NCBI GenBank assembly: GCA_964405005.1
Contig: CAYOMI010000001.1
Span: forward strand, 1-45,625
Direction: 5' to 3'
Source of the DNA: an uncultured Planctomycetales bacterium
Lineage (GTDB): Bacteria; Omnitrophota; Gorgyraeia; Gygaellales; Profunditerraquicolaceae
Length of the DNA: 45,625 bases
The position numbers and the translations under genes were made by a program. Within the stretch, counting starts at the first letter, position 1, and each line of letters opens with the position of its first letter. Shown in pieces: positions 25,139-33,829 of the stretch. The notes beneath the pieces were generated by a model that saw nothing but the letters and a program-made list of their open reading frames with translations, was not told the DNA's origin and searched no databases.

Positions 25139-26833
25139 ATGGGGATCGTTAAATACCTTAAGTCAAAATTGAGCTTAATCTTTTTGTTGGCGGTCGTATG
25201 TTTTTATGCCGTTAATAACTACATTTGGTTGCGTTTAGATGCGCCGTTTCCCACCTTCCATTATTATGCTTTTGATTTCGGTAGGGTGATGGAGTTTTAT
25301 AATTTATTTCAAAAGTTTGATTTAAGTTTTCTTATAGACCAAATCATTAAGGTTCATAACCTGTTTTTTCACGCTCTAGCCGTTGCCTTTACGGCGTTGA
25401 TTTTTCAAAAATCGTATATTGCTATTATTCTATTTAATAATATCCTTTATTTTACAATCGCAATAATTTCTATATATTCGATAGCAAAAAAAATATTCGA
25501 TAAACCCACGGGTTTACTGGCAGTTGCTATATTTTCATTATATCCAGCCGTATATGGCTTATCACGGTTTTATGTCATAGAATTTGCCGTTATGGGCATG
25601 ATTCCTTTATGCGTGTTATATTTGCTGAATACAGAAGAGTTCACAAATCGGAAATATTCATTATTATTTGGTTTGGCTTTAGGATGGGCAATGATGATTA
25701 AATATTCCGCCGTGACGTTCATTATAGGACCGTTGCTTTATGTTTTGGTTAAAGCGCTAATTTTTAGACAGAGAGATAAAGTTACAAAGTTGCTGCCCGT
25801 TATTTTAAATATTGGATTATCGGCTTTTGCTGCCGCAGCAGTAACGGGGATAAAATATTTTAATTTTAATAATATTAAATTCTATCTCTCCCATCCTCTT
25901 CTTGAGGTAATCCCCGGTCAGGAGTGGTATAAACTTAACAGCCTTAGAGTTTATACCGCAGGCTTATTTGATCAACAGCTCTCCTTGGTTTTTTTCTTTG
26001 TCTTATTGTTTGCGTCGCCCGTATTTTTTTTCAAAGTAAAAAGAAAAATAATAATTATTTTGTTCACCTGGATTATAGTGCCCTGGTTAATTTTAGTCAC
26101 TATGCCTAATTCCTACAGGTCGGCTCATTTCATCATACCGTATTTGCCTGCGATAGCGTTAATATCGGCAGCCGGTTTAACCCAAGCTTTAAAAAGAAGC
26201 AAGAAGCTCAAGGCGATTATAATCGTGTTAATTCTGGCTATTGGCATAATTCAATATTATGACTTTTCATTTGGATTAGGTTTTAACTTGAGCAACTGGA
26301 AGGTCAAAATAACAAAAGGCTGGACAATCCATAATTATATCCTTTCAGAAAATGTTTGCCGCCGTCCAGAAAGCAGTAAAATTTATGATGAAGTAATATT
26401 GCTATTCGCTAAATATTCTGATAAACACGACAGTAAAGTATTAGTGCTGCCTCCCAGCGTTAGCTATTCTTATGTGCAGGCCCAAGTATGGGACTGCATC
26501 GCATGGCTTAGGGATCTCCCGATAGTTGCGTTAGACGCAAACCGCCAGTTTATAGATAAGGTATTAGAGAGACTTGAAGAAGTGGATTTTATTTTATGTG
26601 CGGGAAATAAGGATATCAAGGATAGCTCTTATTTAGATCATACATTAATGCGAGTCAGGAATCTTTACAGAAAAGAGCTTGATAACGAAACACTGGTAAA
26701 AATAGACCAGTTTTTAGCAGGGGATGTTAAGATGTTTAGAGAGAATTTTTATAGGCGCGTAAGTAAATTTGTGTTAATTGAAACAATTCCCTATAAGGAA
26801 ACCTGCTTCCGTATATATAAAAAACAGCGATGA
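25139..26833 (+). CDS. Polytopic membrane protein, putative GT-C fold glycosyltransferase (ArnT/PMT-like)
   Basis: About 12 predicted TM helices in the first ~380 aa, then a ~180-aa soluble C-terminal domain. The pattern SLYPAVYGLSRFYVIEF ... GLALGWAMMIKYSA resembles the ArnT/PMT_2-type (GT39/GT83) signature region. Paralog of 44065..45625. Confidence 0.55.
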   Translation: MGIVKYLKSKLSLIFLLAVVCFYAVNNYIWLRLDAPFPTFHYYAFDFGRVMEFYNLFQKFDLSFLIDQIIKVHNLFFHALAVAFTALIFQKSYIAIILFNNILYFTIAIISIYSIAKKIFDKPTGLLAVAIFSLYPAVYGLSRFYVIEFAVMGMIPLCVLYLLNTEEFTNRKYSLLFGLALGWAMMIKYSAVTFIIGPLLYVLVKALIFRQRDKVTKLLPVILNIGLSAFAAAAVTGIKYFNFNNIKFYLSHPLLEVIPGQEWYKLNSLRVYTAGLFDQQLSLVFFFVLLFASPVFFFKVKRKIIIILFTWIIVPWLILVTMPNSYRSAHFIIPYLPAIALISAAGLTQALKRSKKLKAIIIVLILAIGIIQYYDFSFGLGFNLSNWKVKITKGWTIHNYILSENVCRRPESSKIYDEVILLFAKYSDKHDSKVLVLPPSVSYSYVQAQVWDCIAWLRDLPIVALDANRQFIDKVLERLEEVDFILCAGNKDIKDSSYLDHTLMRVRNLYRKELDNETLVKIDQFLAGDVKMFRENFYRRVSKFVLIETIPYKETCFRIYKKQR

Positions 26834-26849
26834 ATATGTCGGCAAGCAA

Positions 26850-28322
26850 ATGTATAGATTGGATGGAGAGGACGCCGAGGTGTCTTTAAAGGAGAAAAAA
26901 CCAGATAAGGTTCTTATCGTAGGGGCTGGCCCGGCAGGCCTGACATTGGGGTTAAGGCTTTCTGAAGCAGGTGTGCCTGTGGAAATTATAGAAGCAGATG
27001 ATAGGGTGGGCGGACTTTGTAAGACCATTCATTTTAAAGGTTGCTACTTTGACCTTGGCGGGCATAGATTTATTACTAAAGATAAGAATATTCAGAGTTT
27101 TCTTGAGAAATTAATGGGCGATGATTTATTGGTCAGGCCTAGAAAAAGCATAATTTGTCTAAAGGATAAAAAAATAGCCTATCCTGTTAATGCCAAAGAT
27201 ATTGTAAGCAAGCTCGGTCTAAAATTTTCCACCCAAGCGTTCCTTGATTATTTTTTGACTTCAACACTTCAGCGCTTTTATCCACGTTTGGATTCTAGTT
27301 TTGAACAATGGGTTATAAATCGCTATGGCGTAACTTTATATAACTTTTATTTCGGTCCCTATTCTAAAAAACTTTGGGGGATTAAACCGTGTCAAATATC
27401 TCATAGATGGGCCGAGCAGAGAATTTTACTTTTGAATCTGGGGGATGTTATTGCGAAAATGTTATGGAAGAAAGGTAATAGTCCCCCAACATATGCGCAT
27501 CAATTCTGCTATCCTAAAAATGGAATTGGCCAAATTTTTGAAAAAATAGCGGAAAAGATTACCGTTTTAGGAGGAGCGATCCGGGTCTCTTCAGGTTTAA
27601 GTAAAGTTAAAGTTTCCGGAGATAAAATTATTTCAATAAGTTATAGAACTTCTGGCGGTGCCATAAAAGAAACATCCGGCGATTATATAATTAATACCGC
27701 ACCCCTGCCTTCCTTCATCAATATGTTATCTTGTAATGACAATGGTAATAATGAAGAAATAACAGAAAATAGTCATTATCGCAGCATTCGTTTTATGAAT
27801 GTATGTTTGGATCTCCCTTCAATTACTGATAACACCTGGATTTATGTGCCCGAATCAGAGATTGTTTTCTTCAGGATCCAAGAATTACGGAACTGGAGTC
27901 CGACTGTTGTCCCGGAGGGAAAAACAGCCTTGACTCTTGAGATAGCCTGTGATTATAACGACAAGATATGGAAAATGCCAGAAGATGAATTGTGGCAACT
28001 TTGCTATAGGGGGCTGGTAAGGTTAGGACTACTTAAATCAAATAATGTTTTATGGTACTTTTCTTCTTATGCGCGGCACGCATACCCCATTTATTACCTG
28101 GATTATGAGAAAAATGTGAATAAGATGTATTTTTACATTTCTAAAATTAAAAATTTACGATGCATCGGCAGGCAAGGTCTCTTTAGGTACAACAATATGG
28201 ACCATTCGATTAAAATGGGCCTGTTAACAGCGGAACACATCCTTAATGGTTATCCTTTTTCTGAGGTAATGAAGATTGCTACCGAACATGCGATATTCGA
28301 TTGGCAGGATCCTGGAAAATAG
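26850..28322 (+). CDS. FAD/NAD(P)-binding oxidoreductase (amine-oxidase / protoporphyrinogen-oxidase / UDP-galactopyranose-mutase-like superfamily)
   Basis: N-terminal dinucleotide fold KVLIVGAGPAGLTLGLRLSEAGVPVEIIEADDRVGG, followed by DLGGHRF. The ATG at 26850 is preferred. The track's TTG at 26778 would overlap the upstream gene by 56 nt. Confidence 0.7.
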   Translation: MYRLDGEDAEVSLKEKKPDKVLIVGAGPAGLTLGLRLSEAGVPVEIIEADDRVGGLCKTIHFKGCYFDLGGHRFITKDKNIQSFLEKLMGDDLLVRPRKSIICLKDKKIAYPVNAKDIVSKLGLKFSTQAFLDYFLTSTLQRFYPRLDSSFEQWVINRYGVTLYNFYFGPYSKKLWGIKPCQISHRWAEQRILLLNLGDVIAKMLWKKGNSPPTYAHQFCYPKNGIGQIFEKIAEKITVLGGAIRVSSGLSKVKVSGDKIISISYRTSGGAIKETSGDYIINTAPLPSFINMLSCNDNGNNEEITENSHYRSIRFMNVCLDLPSITDNTWIYVPESEIVFFRIQELRNWSPTVVPEGKTALTLEIACDYNDKIWKMPEDELWQLCYRGLVRLGLLKSNNVLWYFSSYARHAYPIYYLDYEKNVNKMYFYISKIKNLRCIGRQGLFRYNNMDHSIKMGLLTAEHILNGYPFSEVMKIATEHAIFDWQDPGK

Positions 28323-28337
28323 CGCAAAAAGAGAAAT

Positions 28338-29864
28338 ATGAAAATTAGTATTATCAGTCCTAATTTAAGCGGTTGTGTTTCAATTTTAGATTGCGGCGTT
28401 ACGTATCTGGCGACGTATATAAATGAACGCACGCCACACAGGGCTACCATTTGGGATTATACATTTAGACGTAAATATTGGAAGAGATATCTTGCCAGCA
28501 AGTTTGCGAGTGATAAACCGGACGCAATCGGAATCACGTTTACGACCCTTTATGAAGGGTACGTGAGAGATTCGGTTAATTTTATCAGAGCTAATCTTTC
28601 AAAGGATATTCCGATAATTGTTGGCGGGATACATCCAACCCTTAAACCCAAAGATGCACTTGAAATTGAGGGGGTAAATGTTGTAATTCTCGGGGAAGGA
28701 GAAGAGGCCCTTGCCGAGGTATTAGATGCCATAGAAGGAAAACAAGGCTTTGAGGGCATAACGGGGGCAGCTTATATCGGAGATAATGGCGAACCGGTTG
28801 AAAATCCAAGAAGGCCGTGGATTAAGGATATCAATGCATTGCCGTTTCCAAATTATGACTTATGGGAAGATATCGAGAAATATTTTTATTTTCTTGGCCA
28901 GTTATGGCTTATAGGGACCCGCGGTTGTCCTTATAGTTGCACCAACTGCGAAGAGCTTCCTTTGCGAGAGGCAGTGCCGGGATGCAGGTACAGAATCCGG
29001 GACCCCGGGAATTATGTGCAGGAGATCCAGTATCATTACGAGAAATATAAAGATATCGGATTCCGCATGGCCCATCCATTTGATCCGGTCTTTCCGCTTA
29101 ATCGCGAATGGACAAGGGAATTCTGCAGCGAATATATAAAGTCCGGCCTGCATAAGAAACTTCCTTTTTCAATTTTCAGCAGAGGCGACACTTTCTTTAT
29201 TAATTCTTCTCCGGATAAATTTGATGAGGAGAGGTTAAAATGGCTAGCGGAGGCAGGCTGTAAGGAAATACGCGTAGGTATCGAAGCCGGCTCAGAGAGG
29301 ATGAGAAATAAGATTCATCAGAAAAATGTTTCCGACGAACAATTGCGTTTGTCTTTCCAGAATTTCAAAAAATACAATATGCTTACGATGGCATATAACA
29401 TGCTCGGCGGGCCGACCGAAACAAAAGCCGAATTAAAACAGACATTCAGGATGAACGTAAGATTCAATCCCAACAAGCCGATTTTCTTTATCTATCAGGA
29501 GCTTACCCATGATTTATACGGGATGGGGCTGCTTGTTCAGGACCATGAGACAGCTACGACATCTGTGATAAAAATTAAAAGCAAAAAAAATAGTTTGGTA
29601 CGTAAAACGCAGGATCAGACGACCATTCAATTCGGCGAACCAATAGAATCAGAACATTATTCCAAGCAATGGCTCATGGCATTTCAGGGTTTTTGTTATT
29701 TCTATTTTGTAGGAAGGCGCATTTTAAAATTAATTTACCGCCAAAGGCACAGATTTTTTATTAATTTCGTCAAGTATATGTACCGCGGGTATAAAGAGGG
29801 GGCAAATACGAAAATCGTATTTGCTTATTTCCTTAGCGCTTGCGGCGACAACCTTTTTTCTTAA
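28338..29864 (+). CDS. Cobalamin-binding-domain (class B) radical SAM protein, clade II, with hydrophobic C-terminal extension
   Basis: IIVGGIHPTLKP, ILGEGEEALAEVL, core TRGCPYSCTNCEE and GIEAGSERM. The C-terminal segment WLMAFQGFCYFYFVGRRILKLIY looks like a membrane or amphipathic segment. Confidence 0.8.
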   Translation: MKISIISPNLSGCVSILDCGVTYLATYINERTPHRATIWDYTFRRKYWKRYLASKFASDKPDAIGITFTTLYEGYVRDSVNFIRANLSKDIPIIVGGIHPTLKPKDALEIEGVNVVILGEGEEALAEVLDAIEGKQGFEGITGAAYIGDNGEPVENPRRPWIKDINALPFPNYDLWEDIEKYFYFLGQLWLIGTRGCPYSCTNCEELPLREAVPGCRYRIRDPGNYVQEIQYHYEKYKDIGFRMAHPFDPVFPLNREWTREFCSEYIKSGLHKKLPFSIFSRGDTFFINSSPDKFDEERLKWLAEAGCKEIRVGIEAGSERMRNKIHQKNVSDEQLRLSFQNFKKYNMLTMAYNMLGGPTETKAELKQTFRMNVRFNPNKPIFFIYQELTHDLYGMGLLVQDHETATTSVIKIKSKKNSLVRKTQDQTTIQFGEPIESEHYSKQWLMAFQGFCYFYFVGRRILKLIYRQRHRFFINFVKYMYRGYKEGANTKIVFAYFLSACGDNLFS

Positions 29865-29866
29865 AA

Positions 29867-31297
29867 ATGAAAAAATTATCCAGGATTTTGTTAATCAATC
29901 CGCCTCAAATTTATGCCGGTAGGTTTCTGGATGGTTATCAGGGGACAAGGCCGGTCTTGCCGCCGCTTGGCTTAGCATATATCGCGGCATATTTGGAAAG
30001 GCAAAACTACAAAGTAGATATATTTGACGGTATGGTTGAAGATGCATCTGCGAAAGAAATTGCGTTTCGCACGCATAGTTATGATTTAGTGGGCATTACT
30101 TCCATAACTTTTCAAGTCATAATTACTTATCAGGTGCTTCGGGAGATCAGGCGGAAAAACCCGACAATACCTGTTGTTATCGGCGGTCCTCACGTTTCCT
30201 GCCTGCCGTTTGAACCGTTGAAAAAAGGTTTGGCAGATTTTTCTGTTGTCGGCGAAGGCGAAGAAGTTCTTTTAAATATAATAAACGCTATTGAAAAAAA
30301 CGAAGATTTGACTTCTATCCCAGGTGCAGCTTGTAGATTAAACGGGCAGATTTATCCGGCAAAAGATTCGGGCATGGTTAAAGACATAGACTCGCTTCCT
30401 CTCCCTGCCAGACATTTATTGCCGATGAAAAAATATCGTACAAGCGCAGTACGAACGCGCAGATATCCGGCAATGTCCATGGTTACTTCGCGCGGCTGTC
30501 CGATGCAATGTAATTTTTGTTTTAACCAGCTGCCTTATCGAAAGAATGTAAGGTTTTTTTCTGCGGAAGGAATAGCTGAAGAAATAGCCCAGCTTGTTTC
30601 TGAATATGGAACAAAAGAAATACAATTTTGGGATGACAACTTTCTTGTTAATAAGCCGCGCATCAATCGCCTTTTTGAAATTATGAAATCAAAGAATATG
30701 GATGTTTCTTTTGATTGCGAAGGGACAATAAATTCCTTTGACCCCGAAGTCTTAAAAAAACTAAAGATGATCGGCTGCCACAGCGTTTCTTACGGAATTG
30801 AATCGGGCAGCCAGAGAATCCTTGATTTAATGGGTAAAAGAACCTCGATTGAGCAGATAAAAATGGTTGTGAAAGAAACTAAAAAATTAGGTTTAGATGT
30901 GCGCGGTTATTTTTTATTAGGTTTTCCTACCGAGACAAAAGAAGAAATTTTAGATACCATTAATTTTTCTAAAGAACTGAAACTTACCGATGCGACCTTC
31001 TCGTTGTTTGTTCCTTTGCCGGGTACGGCGGCTTATGATATGGTAAAGGAAGAGCCGGGATTTATGAAAAACTATTGGGACAAGATGATTCTTTCAGAAA
31101 TAAGTTTTCCCAGGTCGCCGTTAGTCTATCATCCCCCGGTGATCGGCGAAAAGGAGCTGTTGCATTTACACCGGGCCGCCCTAAGTAAATTTTATTTACA
31201 GCCGCAGCAGATATTAAACAAACTGTCCAGGAGCTTCAAGAGTTACCATGTTTTTAAGGAATCGCTTAAAGGACTAAAATCATTAATCAAGGGATAA
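29867..31297 (+). CDS. Cobalamin-binding-domain (class B) radical SAM protein, clade II
   Basis: PPLGLAYIAAYLERQNYKV, VIGGPHVSCLP, VVGEGEEVLLNI, core SRGCPMQCNFCFN, GIESGSQRIL and LLGFPTETKEE. The ATG at 29867 (MKKLSRILLINPP) is preferred and lies just after the upstream stop. The track start at 29840 is an upstream non-ATG codon. Confidence 0.85.
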   Translation: MKKLSRILLINPPQIYAGRFLDGYQGTRPVLPPLGLAYIAAYLERQNYKVDIFDGMVEDASAKEIAFRTHSYDLVGITSITFQVIITYQVLREIRRKNPTIPVVIGGPHVSCLPFEPLKKGLADFSVVGEGEEVLLNIINAIEKNEDLTSIPGAACRLNGQIYPAKDSGMVKDIDSLPLPARHLLPMKKYRTSAVRTRRYPAMSMVTSRGCPMQCNFCFNQLPYRKNVRFFSAEGIAEEIAQLVSEYGTKEIQFWDDNFLVNKPRINRLFEIMKSKNMDVSFDCEGTINSFDPEVLKKLKMIGCHSVSYGIESGSQRILDLMGKRTSIEQIKMVVKETKKLGLDVRGYFLLGFPTETKEEILDTINFSKELKLTDATFSLFVPLPGTAAYDMVKEEPGFMKNYWDKMILSEISFPRSPLVYHPPVIGEKELLHLHRAALSKFYLQPQQILNKLSRSFKSYHVFKESLKGLKSLIKG

Positions 31298-31316
31298 GCG
31301 CCAAGAAAGTGAAATA

Positions 31317-32684
31317 ATGAATATCGTTATTACCCGCCCGAAGTATTATACGCATCTGATCACGCCGCCGTTAGGCATGGCGTATGTGGCTTCCTATTTA
31401 AGGCAAAATAATTTCAAAGTTCATCTTATGGATGCGCTTAAAGAAAATGTCGATAATTCTAAATTAGTTTTACGGTGTGGCGCTGCCGATGTTGTCGGTA
31501 TATTTTGCATGAGCGATTATTTTTGGGATGTAATCGATTTGGTCAAAAGACTCAAGGCGGCGGGCAAAACCGTAGTAATCGGCGGTCCGCATGCCACGGT
31601 AATGCCGAAGGAAACCCTGCAGTACACCGAGGCGGATTATTGTATTGTTGGAGAAGGCGAAAAAACAATGTTGGAATTAGCTTCAGCCTTGGAAAATAGA
31701 GAAGATCCAACGAACATACCGGGGTTATATTCCAGGTCTACGGTTAAGTTCATTGCCAGGGATTTTTTTAATAATCTTGACGAAATAACTTTCCCCGCAT
31801 GGGACGAAATTGATCCAAGAACCTATCCCTTAGCGCCGCACGGAGCTGTAATTAAGGCATTTCCTGTCGCGCCGGTTACTACTTCGCGCGGCTGTCCGTT
31901 TTCTTGCCATTTTTGCGCTAGTCCGAAAATCTGGAATCACCAGATAAGATACCGTTCCGCACAAAATGTGGTAGACGAAATTGAGCTATTGGTAAAAAAA
32001 TACGGAGTTAGGGAAATCCACTTTGAAGATGACAATCTCACCTTAAAGAAATCCCATATCCAAGCCATATGTGAAGAAATTTTAGGAAGAAATATCAGGG
32101 TACACTGGGCTGTCCCTAATGGAATACGCGTAGATTCCGTCTCTGAAGAAATTTTGAAATTAATGAAAAAGAGCGGTTGCTACAGCGTAGCTTTTGGGAT
32201 TGAATCCGGTTCACAAGAAATTCTTAATAATATAGGCAAGAAGATGGATCTTGGGATTATGCGCTCGGCAATTAAAATGGCCAGTAAAGCCGGCTTAACT
32301 ACCCAGGCTTTTATTATTTTTGGTCTACCGGGAGAGACGCCCGCAACAATTAAAGAGACCATAGAAATGGTTCTTTCTTTGCCGTTGCATAAAGCTCAAT
32401 TTTTGCTCCTTGATCTTCTGCCGGGGTCGCGGCTTTGGGATGCTTTTAGCCAACACGGCATAGAATGCTTCAAGAAACGCAGCTATCAGGAACCCGGATA
32501 TATTCCCGACGGTTTAACAGCGGATTATTTAATTAGGGTACGCGCTGAGGCATTCAGGAGATTCCATCTGCGTCCGAGGCAGATTTATGCACTTTTAAGG
32601 ATGTTCAAAATAAAACAGACAAAATTTATAATCCAAAGGATAAGAGACTTTTCTATGTTTGGTTCATTTCACAATACCCTGTGA
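31317..32684 (+). CDS. Cobalamin-binding-domain (class B) radical SAM protein, clade II
   Basis: PPLGMAYVASYLRQNNFKV, VIGGPHATVMP, IVGEGEKTMLEL, core SRGCPFSCHFCAS, GIESGSQEIL and IFGLPGETPATI. Confidence 0.87.
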   Translation: MNIVITRPKYYTHLITPPLGMAYVASYLRQNNFKVHLMDALKENVDNSKLVLRCGAADVVGIFCMSDYFWDVIDLVKRLKAAGKTVVIGGPHATVMPKETLQYTEADYCIVGEGEKTMLELASALENREDPTNIPGLYSRSTVKFIARDFFNNLDEITFPAWDEIDPRTYPLAPHGAVIKAFPVAPVTTSRGCPFSCHFCASPKIWNHQIRYRSAQNVVDEIELLVKKYGVREIHFEDDNLTLKKSHIQAICEEILGRNIRVHWAVPNGIRVDSVSEEILKLMKKSGCYSVAFGIESGSQEILNNIGKKMDLGIMRSAIKMASKAGLTTQAFIIFGLPGETPATIKETIEMVLSLPLHKAQFLLLDLLPGSRLWDAFSQHGIECFKKRSYQEPGYIPDGLTADYLIRVRAEAFRRFHLRPRQIYALLRMFKIKQTKFIIQRIRDFSMFGSFHNTL

Positions 32685-32688
32685 ACCT

Positions 32689-33210
32689 ATGGTAAATGGC
32701 GTTTTAATTGGAATTATTTGTTTTATTTTGTTTCTATCCAATGTCTGCTTTTTCCATGTTTTTAAGATCCGGCGTCATTTCCGTTTTATGGCCGTAATGT
32801 TTGTGTCAACTTTGGTATTTTATATAATTTTGTATCTGCTCTTTTTTGATGCGCACTTGCAAAGATTCGCATCTATTTTTATACCTATAGAGATATTTGC
32901 TTTTTGGCATGGTCTTTTCTTGCATTTTTCATCGTGCTATCTATACCTGTACCTTATTCAGGTGATAGATCGTTCACCCTCGACAAGAATAATGGTAGAA
33001 ATACTTTATTCCCAAGAAAGAAAACTTACCTTAACCCAGATTAAACAACGCTATAATATCGACAAGAGAGTTTCTGATAAAATAGAAGAAATGATTCTCT
33101 CGGGATATGTAAAGAAGGAGGCAGATGGGTATATGCTTACCGATAGAGGCAGGAAATGCATGGGAGTTTTTAAAGCCATTAGAAATTATCTAAAATTAGA
33201 AAGAAATTAA
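32689..33210 (+). CDS. Small membrane protein (3-4 TM) with C-terminal winged-helix-like domain
   Basis: Hydrophobic N-terminal ~100 aa (VLIGIICFILFLSNVCFF, FMAVMFVSTLVFYIILYLLFF, IFAFWHGLFLHFSSCYLYLYLIQVI). The next stretch, DRSPSTRIMVEILYSQERKLTLTQIKQRYNIDKRVSDKIEEMILSGYVKKEADGYMLTDRGRK, has a MarR/wHTH-like helix-turn-helix-wing pattern. The ATG at 32689 lies 5 nt after the upstream stop. Confidence 0.6.
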   Translation: MVNGVLIGIICFILFLSNVCFFHVFKIRRHFRFMAVMFVSTLVFYIILYLLFFDAHLQRFASIFIPIEIFAFWHGLFLHFSSCYLYLYLIQVIDRSPSTRIMVEILYSQERKLTLTQIKQRYNIDKRVSDKIEEMILSGYVKKEADGYMLTDRGRKCMGVFKAIRNYLKLERN

Positions 33211-33240
33211 CCGCAAGATTATGTTTTTTGATTAAAGCAG

Positions 33241-33810
33241 ATGGATATTATTTTAAAAAGTATCATTATGGCAGGAACCTGCTCTCTTATTGCTTTTTTA
33301 ACACACCTTATGCTGAGTTTGATGCGTCAGGGCAGGCATAAAGATGAGCCGATGATTTTAGAATTACGGCATCAAAAAAGATTATTAATAACCATATGGC
33401 TATTGACAACTCCGCTTTATGTGTGGTTATTTTTTCAGCCTGCGCTTAGCGGCGGTACATTATTAAGCAAATCCGGTATCCCTATTCAGGCGCTGGCTTT
33501 TTGTTATGGCATTATTTTTTATTTTTTCTTATCGTTTATATATCTAACGCTGTATTATTTTGTAGATCGCTCGATTTCTGCAACCATTTTGGAAATAATA
33601 TATTCTTCCCCGGATAAAAAACTTACGCTAGACGGAATAAAGAAAATATATAATATTGAAAAAAAATATGAAAGGGAAATTAAGGGGATGATGCAAGGGA
33701 AATTTATTATCCAGGAAGAAGATTATTTTAAAGGTACATTTAAAGGTATCCTTTACGGCAGATTGGCTAATTCCATAAAATATCTGCTTAAGCTGGGTCG
33801 GGGAGGGTAG
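33241..33810 (+). CDS. Small membrane protein (3 TM) with C-terminal winged-helix-like domain (tandem paralog)
   Basis: Same layout as 32689..33210. Three hydrophobic helices are followed by DRSISATILEIIYSSPDKKLTLDGIKKIYNIEKKYEREIKGMMQGKFIIQEEDYF. Confidence 0.6.
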   Translation: MDIILKSIIMAGTCSLIAFLTHLMLSLMRQGRHKDEPMILELRHQKRLLITIWLLTTPLYVWLFFQPALSGGTLLSKSGIPIQALAFCYGIIFYFFLSFIYLTLYYFVDRSISATILEIIYSSPDKKLTLDGIKKIYNIEKKYEREIKGMMQGKFIIQEEDYFKGTFKGILYGRLANSIKYLLKLGRGG

Positions 33811-33829
33811 AGTAATACAGGGAATAAAT

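Noticed and set aside
3868-32688. Upstream non-ATG starts given by the ORF track: 171, 3868, 13901, 22500, 26778, 29840 and 32659.
   Set aside because: In each case an in-frame ATG slightly downstream removes a long overlap with the preceding gene. It also yields an N-terminus matching paralogs or a clean membrane anchor. For 171, the frame is open to the window edge and encodes the missing SGNH block I. The exact starts remain unverified.
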